Under the pieces are notes generated by a model. The model made no database searches. It was not told the origin of the DNA and saw only the letters and a program-made list of their open reading frames with translations. Shown here piece by piece: positions 1-11,729 of a DNA stretch of 64,000 nucleotides (its first letter is position 1; every line of letters starts with the position of its first letter). This DNA is from Curvularia clavata. Lineage: Eukaryota. Both the position numbers and the translations under genes were made by a program. The stretch is taken from assembly GCA_023920165.1 (NCBI GenBank), contig CP089276.1, positions 4,030,001 to 4,094,000 of the forward strand. Direction: 5' to 3'.

Positions 1-388
1 CGGCGGAGAAGGCTACGATTTCCTCGACTGCAGGGGCGTTGGCGTGGTGTGCCTTCTTCTCGCGCATACGCACGGCTTCTTCGATTGAGAGTTCGTCGAA
101 GGGGTTCATCGAGTGCTTGACGTTTGCGGTTTCGACGGCGGTTTGCGCGCGGTTGACTCGTGGTTTGACCTGACCAAGAACATGTTATTTATTGTACACT
201 TGTTACTCTGTACAGACAAGGGTCAATCCACTCTCCCAATGGAACATTCAGCCGCTGAAGCGTATGTATCTCTTGCATGCCATTGCAATTGGGAGTGTGA
301 ATCCATCCTGTCGCATTTCTTAGTGGAATGAACATACCGCATAGTCAATGACCCGTTTAACGGGTACTAATATCCTCAGTCCTGACAT
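1..388 (-). CDS. Electron transfer flavoprotein beta subunit (5' part; 3' end runs off the window)
   Basis: Not in the ORF track. Exon 1 (388-338) reads MSGLRILVPVKRVIDYA, then a GTATGT..CAG intron (337-170), then exon 2 (169-1) VKPRVNRAQTAVETANVKHSMNPFDELSIEEAVRMREKK. This is the hallmark ETF-beta N-terminus. Confidence 0.95.
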
Positions 389-517
389 CTTTTGTATATG
401 GCGACTCCTCAACACCTGGAAAATGCAAGTGTTATAAAGTCAGTGCAAGTAATGATGTAGAAGAGCAAGGGTGGGGTGGATAGCATCGGAGTTGGTCCTT
501 GGATTCACGGTGCTTAG

Positions 518-542
518 CCGAGGCTTTTTCCGATGTCCTCGG
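518..542. promoter_or_regulatory. Pair of CCGAGG/CCTCGG motifs (FarA/Ctf1-type core) upstream of ETF-beta
   Basis: CCGAGG at 518-523 and CCTCGG at 537-542, 130-150 nt upstream of the ATG. CCTCGG is the known core for fungal fatty-acid catabolism regulators. Confidence 0.5.
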
Positions 543-1422
543 ACGGCCTTGGCACGACGCAATTCCAGCCATGTACCATTTGTATCTACCACGACATTGG
601 ACTTTACATCGCTTAGACCTGGACTAGTCTTTGTAAATGCATAGATCTTATAGCTTGAGTGACCAGTTTGTGGAACTGCCAAGCGACTTGGCATATCTCA
701 TTTCCGACCGAGTTTCTACATGTGACCATGCAGATGCGATGATCCGAATCGTCTTTCAGTATTACACGACCATAGGAAATAAAAGCAAAGCACAAAAACT
801 AACCTTCGTGTAATATGCATTCGTAGTTACGGTGTAAGCCTAGTCAAGGTCCCAGTCTAGGTAACCACAATCGGAAGACGAGAACAATACTGTGTATGTG
901 ATGCAAAGATACGACAATAGCGAGACACCGTTTTGAAATTGATTTGGTTAACATACACAAATTTCTGTTAGAGGCTGCAATCGATCAGGCAGCGTTATGA
1001 ATCATGCTCACTGCTGTTGGGGCATCAACATGGTTGCCTCGCACAGCCATCTCGCATGATAGTGGTAGTGTACATAATGGTACCACGGTAAGAGGAAAAA
1101 GCAGCAAGTATAAGACACAACTATTCTCCAAACCACTACGTCCTTCAACAACTCATTTAAGTTTCGAACAAATACCAGACTATCCGTACAACAAGAGCTC
1201 AAGGTTCGTTCAGAGTATAGCACATGAAGTGGACGAAGTGTAACTCTAGACTGACTCTACTTTGTAGAGCCAGCCACTCAAGCAAGCATCCTACTTAGCC
1301 GATAACGCACAGTTGATCTTATGAAGTGGCCACACCAGTATATGGAACTGGTGCTGCTGGTGCTACACGTTCTATTCCTTCCTCCTCACGCTGCACCCAA
1401 TGTCCGTCTTGTGAGCCCAGCC

Positions 1423-2411
1423 ATGGTCGCCAAAGAAGGCATTCACCGCTTGGCAAAACTCTTCCGGATGACGCGTCCTCCATCAAAGTCGGATCTTTCC
1501 GAACTTCCCTTGGATATCATCCTGATGATCGTAACATATCTTGACGGCTGCGACCTTTTCTCTCTTGCATTGACCTGCAAGAGCTTTTACCGTCTCTCAG
1601 AACGATGCCGTCTGTCCCTGCAACCGGCACAGAAACAAAAACTATTATTACTCCTAGAGAAGGATCTTCCGTTCCTCTATTACTGCCATCGATGTACAAG
1701 GTTGCATCGCTGGCGTGGTCGCCGGAGCAAACCCATCACTTCCTGGTACAAGGAGAGTCTACCTTGCAAGCGAAATCCAGACCATCACCTCTTCCTTCCG
1801 CCTACCTGTCAAATTCCCTATTATCATGCGCGTCTGGTCATGAACCGACACCTCTATGGCCCAGAGCATGGCCTGCCTCTCGAGACACTCAAACCACATT
1901 GCTTTCAGCAAGCACGCATCTTCAATGACCAACTTATGATTCTGTCAGTCATATCAATAAAGAACTAGATATACGGTTCAGATGCACTCAGATTCAGTAT
2001 CGATTATTTTAATAAAGAATTAGTCTGCGCACATCTCACTATTAAGAGTCAGTTATATGCTTCCCTTCCCAGACAGGTTCCCGAACTCGTTGACGTGCCA
2101 GGGAAACCTCTAGCCTACGGTTTCTCATTTGGATCCTGTATCTATTGTGTGACAGACTATAGCATAGAAAGACAATGGCGAGGTGCCCGGGAGAAAGACA
2201 GGGTCGAGGTAAAAGTCTATCGATGGCTGGGTGACTGTCGATCACCCTTCAGTTGGGAATGGCGTACTATTTCAAAGTGCAACTCAGGCGCAAAACGCAG
2301 ATCAGCGCATTCGCCAAAGTATAACCTGGGTTTGTGAGGCAGAAATGGAAGGAGGCAGAAGCAGCTGAAGAAGCTGTGAAATGTAGAAGTGGTATAAGGA
2401 AGTGGTTTTAA
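1423..2411 (+). pseudogene. F-box protein, disrupted by an in-frame TAG and a probable frameshift
   Basis: F-box motif LSELPLDIILMIVTYLD and a CxxC motif (YCHRCTRLH). After TAG 1966-1968 the same frame stays open to 2337 (VCAHL, GSCIYCVTDY, WLGDCRSP). A second frame from about 2325 reads PGFVRQKWKEAE to TAA 2411. I found no convincing intron that removes the stop. Confidence 0.7.
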
Positions 2412-3081
2412 GCAGCAAACTGCGGAGACTGCGCGTATAAGTATTTGTTGCGTCACATCCAAACAACCGATGATGTTTGATTGGGTGTGACAAGTATTGG
2501 CGGCAGTATCTGGACGACTACTGCTTAGCCTTGAGATCTTCCTCTCCAACCGCCAGGACTGTATTTTCAACATAAGAGGCGGTAGATGTAAGAGCTAGAG
2601 GGAACTTTGCTTCGTCAAGAGCAGGAGCATATTTGATAGAGAGTTAGGACGTCGGCTAAATGGCTATCCATGAATGACGAAGTAGGTGGAGAATAGAGTT
2701 GATGGTGTGCAGGAACAAATTGATGAATTAATAGGCAATGAACTCCTGGAGCTCAGCATTTTCAACTCGGTTCTCGATTGATACAAAAACTACCCTTAGC
2801 TATTCAATTTACAGTCTCTGGAAGTTCATCACTGATCATTCAGCATTTGTAGCGAGAATGTTAGAGAAGAGAGGCCGCCTTTTTCGTTATACACGCAAAA
2901 TTTTCAAGGCGTAAAAACAAGAATATCAGATATCTATCTATGTAAGCATAACCAGGAATGATTTAGCACGGGTGCCATGAGCAATTTAACCCGACTTCCT
3001 TTCTGGGATTAGCCGATGTTATTTCATTCAGCGCTCTCCCTCCACAAGTGAGCCTCTGCGCCGTACTCCTAACCGCTCAAC

Positions 3082-3759
3082 ATGTCGAAACCAACTGAAA
3101 TCGAAAGCTTTGATAGCTTACGTGCATCAAAATCTCTGGTATTTACTTCGAAGGACATGCTTAGACTCCGATGGAGACCATTCGGCTCAATTCAGTCTTC
3201 AGTCTACGTCGCAGACGATCTCAGTACAATAACATCTCTTTCTCCATACCAACAAGCCGCTGGAATTGAAACCCCTTTTCACCAAATTTCGACCTCTCCA
3301 GCAACGGAACCGCCAGTTTCGTCTATCACTGTACGATTGATGGAGCTGGAAGATTGGGAGTCCGATTGGGTAGACGCACACGAGCCGCATGCTCAGCACG
3401 ATAGCGGAGACGCCCAGTGGAGTACGGAGCCCCGCACCAAGCTCATGCGTTGCTGCGGCCAACGTCGTCCATATCCTCCAGCGCCTCTTTTAGTTCAGTC
3501 CGCAGAGGGAGGGTTCGTCACAGTGCACGACTTTGTCACCCAGACACACGAATGGCTTCAGCCTCTGCGCAAAGACATCTTGAGCGCCATGGAGGTTACT
3601 TTTGGAAGGGTTTATTCAGATTCACAGCTTTATCTCGCGTTGATTGCACTGGATAATTTAATGCTGGTCAGAGATGAACGTCCAGGGCAAGTAGAAAGGC
3701 ACTGGGAACGAGTTGTCGATCATGTTCGCAGACGCGAAGCAGAGATATTGAGAAAATGA
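3082..3759 (+). CDS. Hypothetical protein (225 aa)
   Basis: Intronless ORF with a good start context (CAACATGT) and protein-like composition (RCCG, GFVTVHDFV). No function recognised. Confidence 0.75.
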   Translation: MSKPTEIESFDSLRASKSLVFTSKDMLRLRWRPFGSIQSSVYVADDLSTITSLSPYQQAAGIETPFHQISTSPATEPPVSSITVRLMELEDWESDWVDAHEPHAQHDSGDAQWSTEPRTKLMRCCGQRRPYPPAPLLVQSAEGGFVTVHDFVTQTHEWLQPLRKDILSAMEVTFGRVYSDSQLYLALIALDNLMLVRDERPGQVERHWERVVDHVRRREAEILRK

Positions 3760-4209
3760 GGAGGCTAGAATAAATCCACATATATCTGCTCCTTGTGTAC
3801 GTGATATTCAGGCTAGAGACTATTGCTTTCGAAGAAGGTGTTGATATCATGGTGCTGTATCAAATGCGATTAAGCGTAGCAGGTAGATACTTTGAACACC
3901 AATGAAGATTTGGCCACAATTTAGGCTCAAATACAGTCATGTTGAGCCATTTGAGGTCCGTAAAAGAACAGTCGAATTGTATTAAATACTTTCACAAATT
4001 GTCGTGTAATGCTAAGCTTTTGGATCACGAGTCAACCATAGGAGGAGGAGAACGAGGCAGCGCTGTTGCAGAATGATGCCTCGTATTTCCAGGAAATCTC
4101 ATTAAATATGTTACCAAACCTTATGAATGGTGTATCTGTTATTATCTATATAATTCTAGGTAAATATATCATCTTGTAACCACAACACACATCATGTAGA
4201 GAAAAAGCC

Positions 4210-4298
4210 AAAAAACCCCGCGATGGCGGGGTTTTTCTATTGCCTAACTACCTAGCTACTGGTGTTCTTCTTGCGTGCGGTGGCACGCGAAGAGAATG
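4210..4298. repeat. Two adjacent GC-rich inverted repeats in AT-rich intergenic DNA
   Basis: AAAAACCCCGC-GATG-GCGGGGTTTTT (about 4211-4236) and TTGCGTGC-GGTG-GCACGCGA (4271-4290), the latter with extendable flanks. Confidence 0.7.
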
Positions 4299-4489
4299 AT
4301 ATGAGAAAAGAAATCGAAATGGATGGCCAACAACACTTATACTAGACGTTGAATCGTTGATTTGATGCAATCATCTAGGACTCTTCTTTACTCGCTCTGC
4401 GCTTTCTTTATGAAGATCCTTAGTCCCTAGGCCTAGAGATCTGAGAAGTCATTCTGCCGACGGCCATTTCATGCTGTTGCATCCCAGTG

Positions 4490-5449
4490 TCAACTCGCCA
4501 CGCCGTTTGCAAATTGCTCACAGCTCGCACAAAATCCAAACGTCCTACTCGAGTTGTATTCCCAGCACTGTTGTGCGTAATCTGGCGATGTAGTCCCACA
4601 GCCGTCACCCAAAAGCACACAATCGTACCCATTGCTAAATGCATCTGTCAACGTCCCGCCCACACACTGGTCCGTATTAACTCCCGTAAAGAAGAGCGTC
4701 CTGATGCCTTCTCGGTCCAGGAACTCTTTTAGTGGCGTTGTTGCACCCCACATACCGCTCATCCTATTCTTGTGGATCCAGATATCGGGGTTCTTCTCAA
4801 GTTTGCTTCCCTCAGTGTAAATTGCATCAAGAGGAGGGAACAATGCCGCGTTCCAGGTATCGCGCATGAGCAATCTGCCACCTTCGACTGATTTCCCATC
4901 TGGAAAGGTAAGAGTTCCGCAATCCGCGCCCATGCCGCAGTAGACAGACTTTTTTTCTTCCCCATGACGATCTACACTCACACTGCTTTCATGATAGCCG
5001 AAAGCATCGTCACCTATATTGAAGTTCGAATCCACGGGAATTGCGAAGAACCCAAAGGCCCGTTTGATTGCTGGCGGCATTTCTTTAACATCTTCCTCAG
5101 TAAGCCCCCAGTTCACCCAAACCACTCTAATTCCTGCCTTCCTCGCGGCTGGTATTGCGTGTTCAATCAACTGTTTGCAAGCGGCATTCCCAGCGCCTTG
5201 TTGATTGCGACCAAATGCTTCTGAAAGAAAGAAATTTTGCATATCGATGATTATAAGAGCAGATTTTGACGGGTCAACCGTGATGGGCTGGGTTGACGTT
5301 TGAATAGTGAAAGAAGGGCCTGAGATTTTCGAAGAGTGAGTAGGTGGGTGAGTGAGGTCGAAACCCGATTGTGAAGTGTGCGACCAAAAGCTTGAGGATG
5401 ATCCTATCAAAGCTTTGCGATGGGTTTTGGTTGTAGTGGTGGAAGCCAT
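4490..5449 (-). CDS. Isochorismatase-like cysteine hydrolase
   Basis: ALIIIDMQNFF, HKNRMSG and FTGVNTDQCV give the D-K-C triad. Probable start MASTTT at 5449. Confidence 0.9.
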   Translation of the reverse strand: MASTTTTKTHRKALIGSSSSFWSHTSQSGFDLTHPPTHSSKISGPSFTIQTSTQPITVDPSKSALIIIDMQNFFLSEAFGRNQQGAGNAACKQLIEHAIPAARKAGIRVVWVNWGLTEEDVKEMPPAIKRAFGFFAIPVDSNFNIGDDAFGYHESSVSVDRHGEEKKSVYCGMGADCGTLTFPDGKSVEGGRLLMRDTWNAALFPPLDAIYTEGSKLEKNPDIWIHKNRMSGMWGATTPLKEFLDREGIRTLFFTGVNTDQCVGGTLTDAFSNGYDCVLLGDGCGTTSPDYAQQCWEYNSSRTFGFCASCEQFANGVAS

Positions 5450-5747
5450 GGTTGTGGGCGTTGGAACGACGACAATCACCAGAAACAGTTTTTGTCGCAC
5501 TTAGATAGGTATAATTGTGAGAGAGTCGTGGTAAATACAAAGCTGGATAGAGGACGTTGAAGTCAAGTAATGTGGTCATAGTCAAGGATCCAGATAAGGA
5601 AGGCCATCATCTCACTTGCCGAAGCGGGGCAGATCTGCGTAGTCATGGAGATAGAGATACCGTGTTGTCGATGATATTACCAAGAGATTTGCTTCTTAGA
5701 CGAAGTGCAGTGACTAGGCTTCAACTGTTCTTCGAGCTAACATGCCT

Positions 5748-7170
5748 TTATCTAATCCCGGCAAGCCGTCTTCTTGCAAGTTGAACAAGTTGTGGCCACT
5801 CTTCCCTTTGATTGGCTGTACCTGGAGCTTCGAGAATCTGACGTAGGTATTCTTTTGCTCGTTCATGATCACCTGTTGAGTCGTAATACTCTGCAAGCTG
5901 CAGCATAGAAGGCTTGTGGCCAGCGTTCGATGCGGCCTCCTGCCATTCCCGCGCTAACGCTGCAGTGCTGCCGGGCTTCCATCCTAGCAGCCAATTGAGG
6001 GCTTTGCGTATGCCGCCATCATTGAGAATGGGAGATTCACTCTTCGCAGCCTCCTGATAAAAGTCAATGAGGTCAATCATGGCTTGTTTGTGACCAGACG
6101 CCGCTGCTTTACTGGTATATCGCAGCCATTTCTCACTGGTTCTAGGCTCAAAACCAGCGAGCTCATAGTACGAGAGAGGGTCGTCCCCTTCGAGAGCACC
6201 TCTCTGGAAATAAATCTTTGCTTCCGCCTGTGATTCAGGATCCTTTCCAGCTTTCAATAAGAAACCGAGCGCGTTCCATGGTGCAATAAGAGGCAGCTGC
6301 ATAGGATGTCTTGATCCAGGTTCGTATTTGAGACTAGAAGGCTTGACTGCTTCCAAATAGGCATTCTTCGCCTGGAGTCTTTGGCCTTCTTGTTCGAGAA
6401 ACAGTCCTTTTAAAGTCAATACTTCCGGTCCCAAAGCAGTAGTCTTTGCTAGTATCTGCTGGTCGAAGCTCTCTAGCGTCTGGCGGTACTTAGGTATCTC
6501 CTGCCGGGGAAAAAGACGTGCTAGCTCCTGCACAGATTCATCACCCATGCTGCTTAGATACACAGCAGTCAGGATATGTACAACAGCCAAAGGATCTCCA
6601 GCCTGGGCACACCCTTGGAGAAGTAGTCCAGAGATAGCTTTGTGCTGGCTTGGAGGAAGCTGAGATCTCTTTGCAGGGTCACTTATGTCAGGTATTTTGA
6701 AAGTAATGATCCCAAGGGAGGAAACGTCATCGAGCTGGACGTTGTACTCTGTCAACATCAGCATCGGGAGTTCACGTTGCATGATGGGTCTGCTACGCAC
6801 TTTTTACCAATCGCAGAACATTAGTGCCATGATCCATCTTGTTTTTATGTGCAACAAAGTCTTGGTAAAGGCTCTGCGCTGTGTGGGGTTCCATCTTGAG
6901 AGCGCCTTGCTGTTTAGTAAGGGTATAGAAACCTAACCGACTGCGCTCGTCGACGTCAGCCCTGGCTCTTGGAGCGTCGAATCTTTGCTTGGTAGCATAA
7001 TTGCGAGTTTGACTTCGTATGCTAGTATCTTGTCGGGTTGAAAAGAGTGCTAGCTTTGCGATGCTCTTGTACTTGGCACCTCTGGTAAATTGATGCGATT
7101 GGCAAATGAGACAAGTCTCAGATTGCCCAATGGCTCTCGCTGAGCGCCACCCAAGTCTAGACACCGACAT
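5748..7170 (-). CDS. Sel1/TPR-like helical-repeat protein, probably mitochondrial
   Basis: Arg/Ser-rich presequence-like N-terminus. Intron 6800-6749 (GTGCGT..CAG) joins two ORFs in frame. Sel1-like motifs AAASGHKQAM and ASNAGHKPSMLQLAEYY. Confidence 0.8.
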
Positions 7171-7374
7171 GACTGGGTAATGAACTCCTGTTGTTGTAAG
7201 TGTGGTGGAGTTGGTGGTTGCAGGCTAGTCTCGGAGGTCCGCAATGGCCGCGAAATCTTGGCGCGCCAGAATCTTTTTTGGTGTCGCGAAGAAAGTTGCA
7301 CTCTAACCTAGACATCGCGAATCCAGGTCGCGCTTTCGCCAGAACACTACCGAAATTACATTTTCGCTGTCGCA

Positions 7375-8868
7375 ATGGTCACTACCCGGGGAGGAACAGA
7401 GACGCCGGGTGCACCGACGCCCACACCACGCAGCTCGACAAGAAAGCAACTAGGAAAGCGAGAACTCGAGTCGCTGGAGACGCCGACGCAGACGAAAAGG
7501 CAAAGAAAAGCCCCCAAAGCTACCGCAAAGAGAGGAAACGCCAAGAACACAAAGGAGACGAGTGAATCCACAGACGAACCTTCACAGGAGTCTTCGAACG
7601 ATACCTCAGACACCATCGCCGGCGCTGCACCTACGTTAGATACCCCCGAGACACCCAGGCAGAGCGGTTTGCCAGCTCGTCAAAAGGCGAGTCCACAAGT
7701 AGTCGTTAGCAACGAGGCTTCAGAAGAATCCTCCAATACCGTGGGAAAGGAAGATGAGGTGCCTTCAACCGTGCAAAACCCTGCGTTTTATACACCCACA
7801 CAGGCCCCCGGCTCCGTTTATGCTACGCCAGCTACACATAAGCAGCCCGAAGGCTCGCCTACACCAAAAGCTAAGAAGACGACGGATCAAACACCATCAG
7901 TGGCAGCGAAAAAGGGAAGAGGACGCCCTAAGAAAACACCACAAAAAGAGCTAGCTGAAGTCATTGACGAAATCCCGTCTTCTACCTTCGAGAGCGAAAT
8001 GGCACCTATACCTTCGCAAGATTCCATACCCCCCTCAGCACAGCCCGAAAAGATACACATGCGTTTCGGCAGCGAGGAGCCTGCGCTGTCGCCAGAATCA
8101 CCAATTCTGAACAAGCAAGGCAGCAAACGTTACGAAGCTGCCGAACCCGTCATTGAAGCGCCTCAGGCCGACGAGGAAAAAGATGACGAAGTCAGCGACT
8201 CGGATGATGAAGCCCCCGAAGTAGTCACAACAGCGGCTGCCAGCTCTAAAGCTCTTGCTGCCCGTGCCGAAGCTGAACGTGCGCAGAAAGCTCAGCAAGC
8301 GAAGGAAGAAGCCAAACGAAAAGCACGTGAGGAATTCCTTGCCGCCCAGCAAGCCGCCAAGCGCGAACGAGAAGAGAAAAAGGCAAAGAAACTAGCGAAG
8401 CAAGCCGCCAAAGAGGCAAAGGCGGCAGCCGCCGCAGCAGATGGTCCTGACGCCGACGAAGAGCCAGCCTCAGAATCACGCATGGACCTCGACACATCGA
8501 ACGGCCTCCTCCCTGCCTCTCTGCTCGAAACAATCGACGACCAGCGTCCACCCACGCCTCCGCCCGAGCGCCGCGGCAAAACTGAGGAGGAAAGGAGAAA
8601 AGAGAAGTTGAACCAGCACATCAAGTTCCTCGAGCGAACGGATAAGCCAGCCAAGGACATCAAGAAGGGCAAGCTCAGTGTAGCTGTTCTGGCACAGCAG
8701 AACAAGGTCATGCCGCCCAAGGTGAACAGGGTCACAAAGAATGTACGTGAGGATTGGCTCAAGGGTAGGCAGGCGGAGAAGAAGAAGCAGGGTCCAAGGA
8801 GTAGGTTTGGCAGGATGGAGAGGAGACCGCATGTGAGCCGTGGTTTCCTGAGAGATGGAGATGATTAG
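7375..8868 (+). CDS. U3 snoRNA-associated (Bud21/Utp16-like) nucleolar protein with an AT-hook
   Basis: 497-aa ORF with acidic SDSDDEAPEVV, a coiled coil, a C-terminal LLPASLLE..KLSVAVL..MPPK..REDWLKGR pattern, and AT-hook KKGRGRPKK. Confidence 0.7.
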   Translation: MVTTRGGTETPGAPTPTPRSSTRKQLGKRELESLETPTQTKRQRKAPKATAKRGNAKNTKETSESTDEPSQESSNDTSDTIAGAAPTLDTPETPRQSGLPARQKASPQVVVSNEASEESSNTVGKEDEVPSTVQNPAFYTPTQAPGSVYATPATHKQPEGSPTPKAKKTTDQTPSVAAKKGRGRPKKTPQKELAEVIDEIPSSTFESEMAPIPSQDSIPPSAQPEKIHMRFGSEEPALSPESPILNKQGSKRYEAAEPVIEAPQADEEKDDEVSDSDDEAPEVVTTAAASSKALAARAEAERAQKAQQAKEEAKRKAREEFLAAQQAAKREREEKKAKKLAKQAAKEAKAAAAAADGPDADEEPASESRMDLDTSNGLLPASLLETIDDQRPPTPPPERRGKTEEERRKEKLNQHIKFLERTDKPAKDIKKGKLSVAVLAQQNKVMPPKVNRVTKNVREDWLKGRQAEKKKQGPRSRFGRMERRPHVSRGFLRDGDD

Positions 8869-9059
8869 ATGGATGTCAACATATCTTTTTTTACTTTCGC
8901 ATCATGAGCTTTATAGGGCATGCGAACCAAAATCAGGGAAAAGCGGAATGTCCAATTGAGATATCTCATTTATCATTTCAACACGTGCAGGTTTTTGTCT
9001 GCTCTATCTATCTATCGTCCTGAATTCAAATTTCCAATTCATTCATGCAAATAGCTCAC

Positions 9060-10100
9060 CTACCGCCGTCCCGGCCTCTTGGGCTTAGCAAATCCTTTGC
9101 TCTCCTCCTTCTTCTCCACCTTGAACTCATCCAGGATAATCTGCTCGGAAATCTCATCGGGGTTTGTGGCTTCTAGCTTCTTCATAACTTTGAGCCCGCC
9201 GTCGTTCTGCGCTAGCGATACCACGTTACCCCGGCTCGCAGCATATATCATGCGTTCTCTGATCTTGGCGCCACTCGGGCACGTCGAGATGAAGACAATC
9301 GACGCATCTGGGTCGTTGTGACGGTAGAACACGTATCGCGGCTCCTTTGTGTCGATAGAGGAGGAGATAGTCGACGGCGTGGCCGAAGACGAGGACACAA
9401 GTTTCAGTGTCTCCGTCGCACCATCCATTCTCAACTGCACCAAGTTATCTGTTCCTCCTTGTCCCAGCTTCTTCAATGCCTCTGCAATCTCGTCATCAGC
9501 ACGGATAGCCAACTTGCCGCCTTGAGCCAAACTCTGGCCCCGCGTGCCCCTGCTCTCCAGCGCCTCGGCCGCCTTGATGTCCTGCAGCGACTGCTCCTCG
9601 GCCGTCAGAGGGTTCTCGGATTCCGTATGAGCGACATGCTTCTCCCAGCCCTCGGTTGTCAACTCAGAGGCTTCGGTCGTGAAGATGCTCTCGGCAAAGT
9701 GTTCACCGCCTAGTTCGCGCACGAGGGTTAACCGTGTCGATGCGAACAGCATCTTTTGCCGTACGGGTGCCGCATTGGGTACGTATGTCACTGCTACCAG
9801 GCTCTTGTCTGGGCTGCTCAGGCTGTCGGCGCGGCGGAGCAGAATGTAAAGGGCGGCATTGTCCTTGACGTGGGGTTGGAGGTTCGAGAGATCGTCGACA
9901 AATGTAGAGCCGTTCGAGGAAATCGTACCACTAGGTACAATTGTTTCGTTCTGAATCGTTGCTAGAATACCGCGTTGGTTGGACGAGGTTATAAGGCTGC
10001 CGAGGGCAGATTTGAGCTCTTGGGAAGCTGTTCCGCATCTTTAGTGGGGCTTGTGAGTAGGTGAGATTGAGGTAACGGTACCGGAGATGCCGGACTGCAT
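9060..10100 (-). CDS. TWF1: Twinfilin (two ADF-H domains)
   Basis: Exon 1 (10100-10082) MQSGIS, then intron 10081-10028. Motifs YVPNAAPVRQKMLFASTR and CPSGAKIRERMIYAASR, and C-tail GFAKPKRPGRR. Confidence 0.93.
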
Positions 10101-10419
10101 CTTTACGTGTGTCTATTGTGAATACAAATTGTAGAGAAAGAGGTGTTCAAATGGCTGTCGTGTTGTGTAGAGCCCCTTAACGTGTCTGATTGTTTACGCT
10201 GACGTAGCATACGTGGGGCAAGCGGGCAATGTAGCTGATGCACTTGGCGGTCCCTGCTTTTACCCATCCCGTGTTGTTCCTAGGGATGCCTGTGTACGAC
10301 AAACTACTATATGTATTCTGAGGATGAGCTTGGGTTGATGCAATTGATTCTGTGACATTTGGTATTCGATACAACATGAAAAATCATAGATTGCCCACAC
10401 ATGCTCCACCAAATCAGTG

Positions 10420-11729
10420 CTACTCTTCGTATTGGCCGCCCGGCAGCATCTCCCGTCCTTTCTCCAAAACACCCTTGAGATATTCGTATACAGTGAATGT
10501 GACAGCCTGGCCAGGAGCGACTCGCATAACACGCGGTGTGATGCCCTTGTAGAAACTTCGGACACCTTCTTGCTTCCACATATCACTGGAAACACGATTA
10601 GCTACTATCATAGTCCCAGATGGTTCAGTGACTTACCTAGCAATCATTGTAATCCGTTGTAGCGCACTTTGGCCAGCTTCAGCAGGAGTTTTCTGTAATC
10701 TTGTCTTGATGGTATCGATGGGCGCATTCGTAAATGGTCCCACAGCACCACTTATCAGTCCGATCATACTTGTCTCGTAACCGGGCAAATCAGTGCTGCC
10801 GTGATATTTTTGCAATTGCGACCTCAACTCTGAGTATGCCGTAAAGTTCGCTGCCTGATTGGTTCCCTGACGCAGAGCAGTGAGCGAGACACCGCGCCAT
10901 AAAGCGCCAGCACCCTCCTCCTTCACGACAGTGTACATCGCATGGGCAGCGTTTCGATACTTGGGTACGTCGAGTGGATCTGCCATGGAATGGTGTTGCG
11001 CTTGGAGACGGATCTTCACCACCTCCATAGGGGTGACAACGAGGACGGCTTCTGTGATTCCCGCAGCGAGACCAGCTGTGAATTGTCAGTATTTGCTCAT
11101 TGTAGGTATTCCCTAAGAGAAACACGGTGGATGTACGCAACGTAAAGCCGATGCTGTAGAAACTTACCCATAAACGTCGATTTTGACGCAACATTACCCT
11201 CCTTATCTGCCAACAGTTGCTTGTACCATTCGTAACTCGTGAATCGTATAGCCATCTTTGGAACAATTCCAGTAAGCACCGCACCCAAACCCTTGTACAA
11301 ACCCAGCGCAGTTTCCCTTTTTACGATCTCGGCACCTGTGGTAATGAAACCACGCTTCTTGGCCTATAATGCTACATTAGCATTCGTCTTGAGAAGTGCA
11401 CCGGAAGTTGCGCAGATGTCAAGTATAACGTACTCCTGGCGCGCGAGCTCGTCTTGATAATTGCATTCGAACTTTGATCGTATCTAAGACTTTGTTAGAC
11501 TTTTTGACGACCACTTTGGTATTTGATATTCAGTGGTAAGACTTACCCAGAGGATGGCACGCGAGCGCTTCCATCATACCAGCACCACCGCCAGCTACAC
11601 GAAACGTTCAGTTTTTGCCAACAAAACCCACGTATGTTCAAATATAAGGCCCTCTAGCTTACCAATGAGATTCGTGGCCGCCGAGGCGGGCTTCTTCCCA
11701 TTAGGCCCTTGGACCGACTTCGCAGACAT
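10420..11729 (-). CDS. SFC1: Mitochondrial succinate-fumarate carrier (multi-exon)
   Basis: Carrier signatures CHPLDTIKVRMQ, TPMEVVKIRLQAQHHSMADPLDVPKYRNAAHA and APIDTIKTRLQ, plus FYKGITPRVMRVAPGQAVTF. Confidence 0.93.

Noticed and set aside
4211..4236. Bacterial rho-independent terminator, suggesting contamination
   Set aside because: The flanking sequence is continuous fungal DNA with spliced genes. Kept only as an unexplained hairpin.
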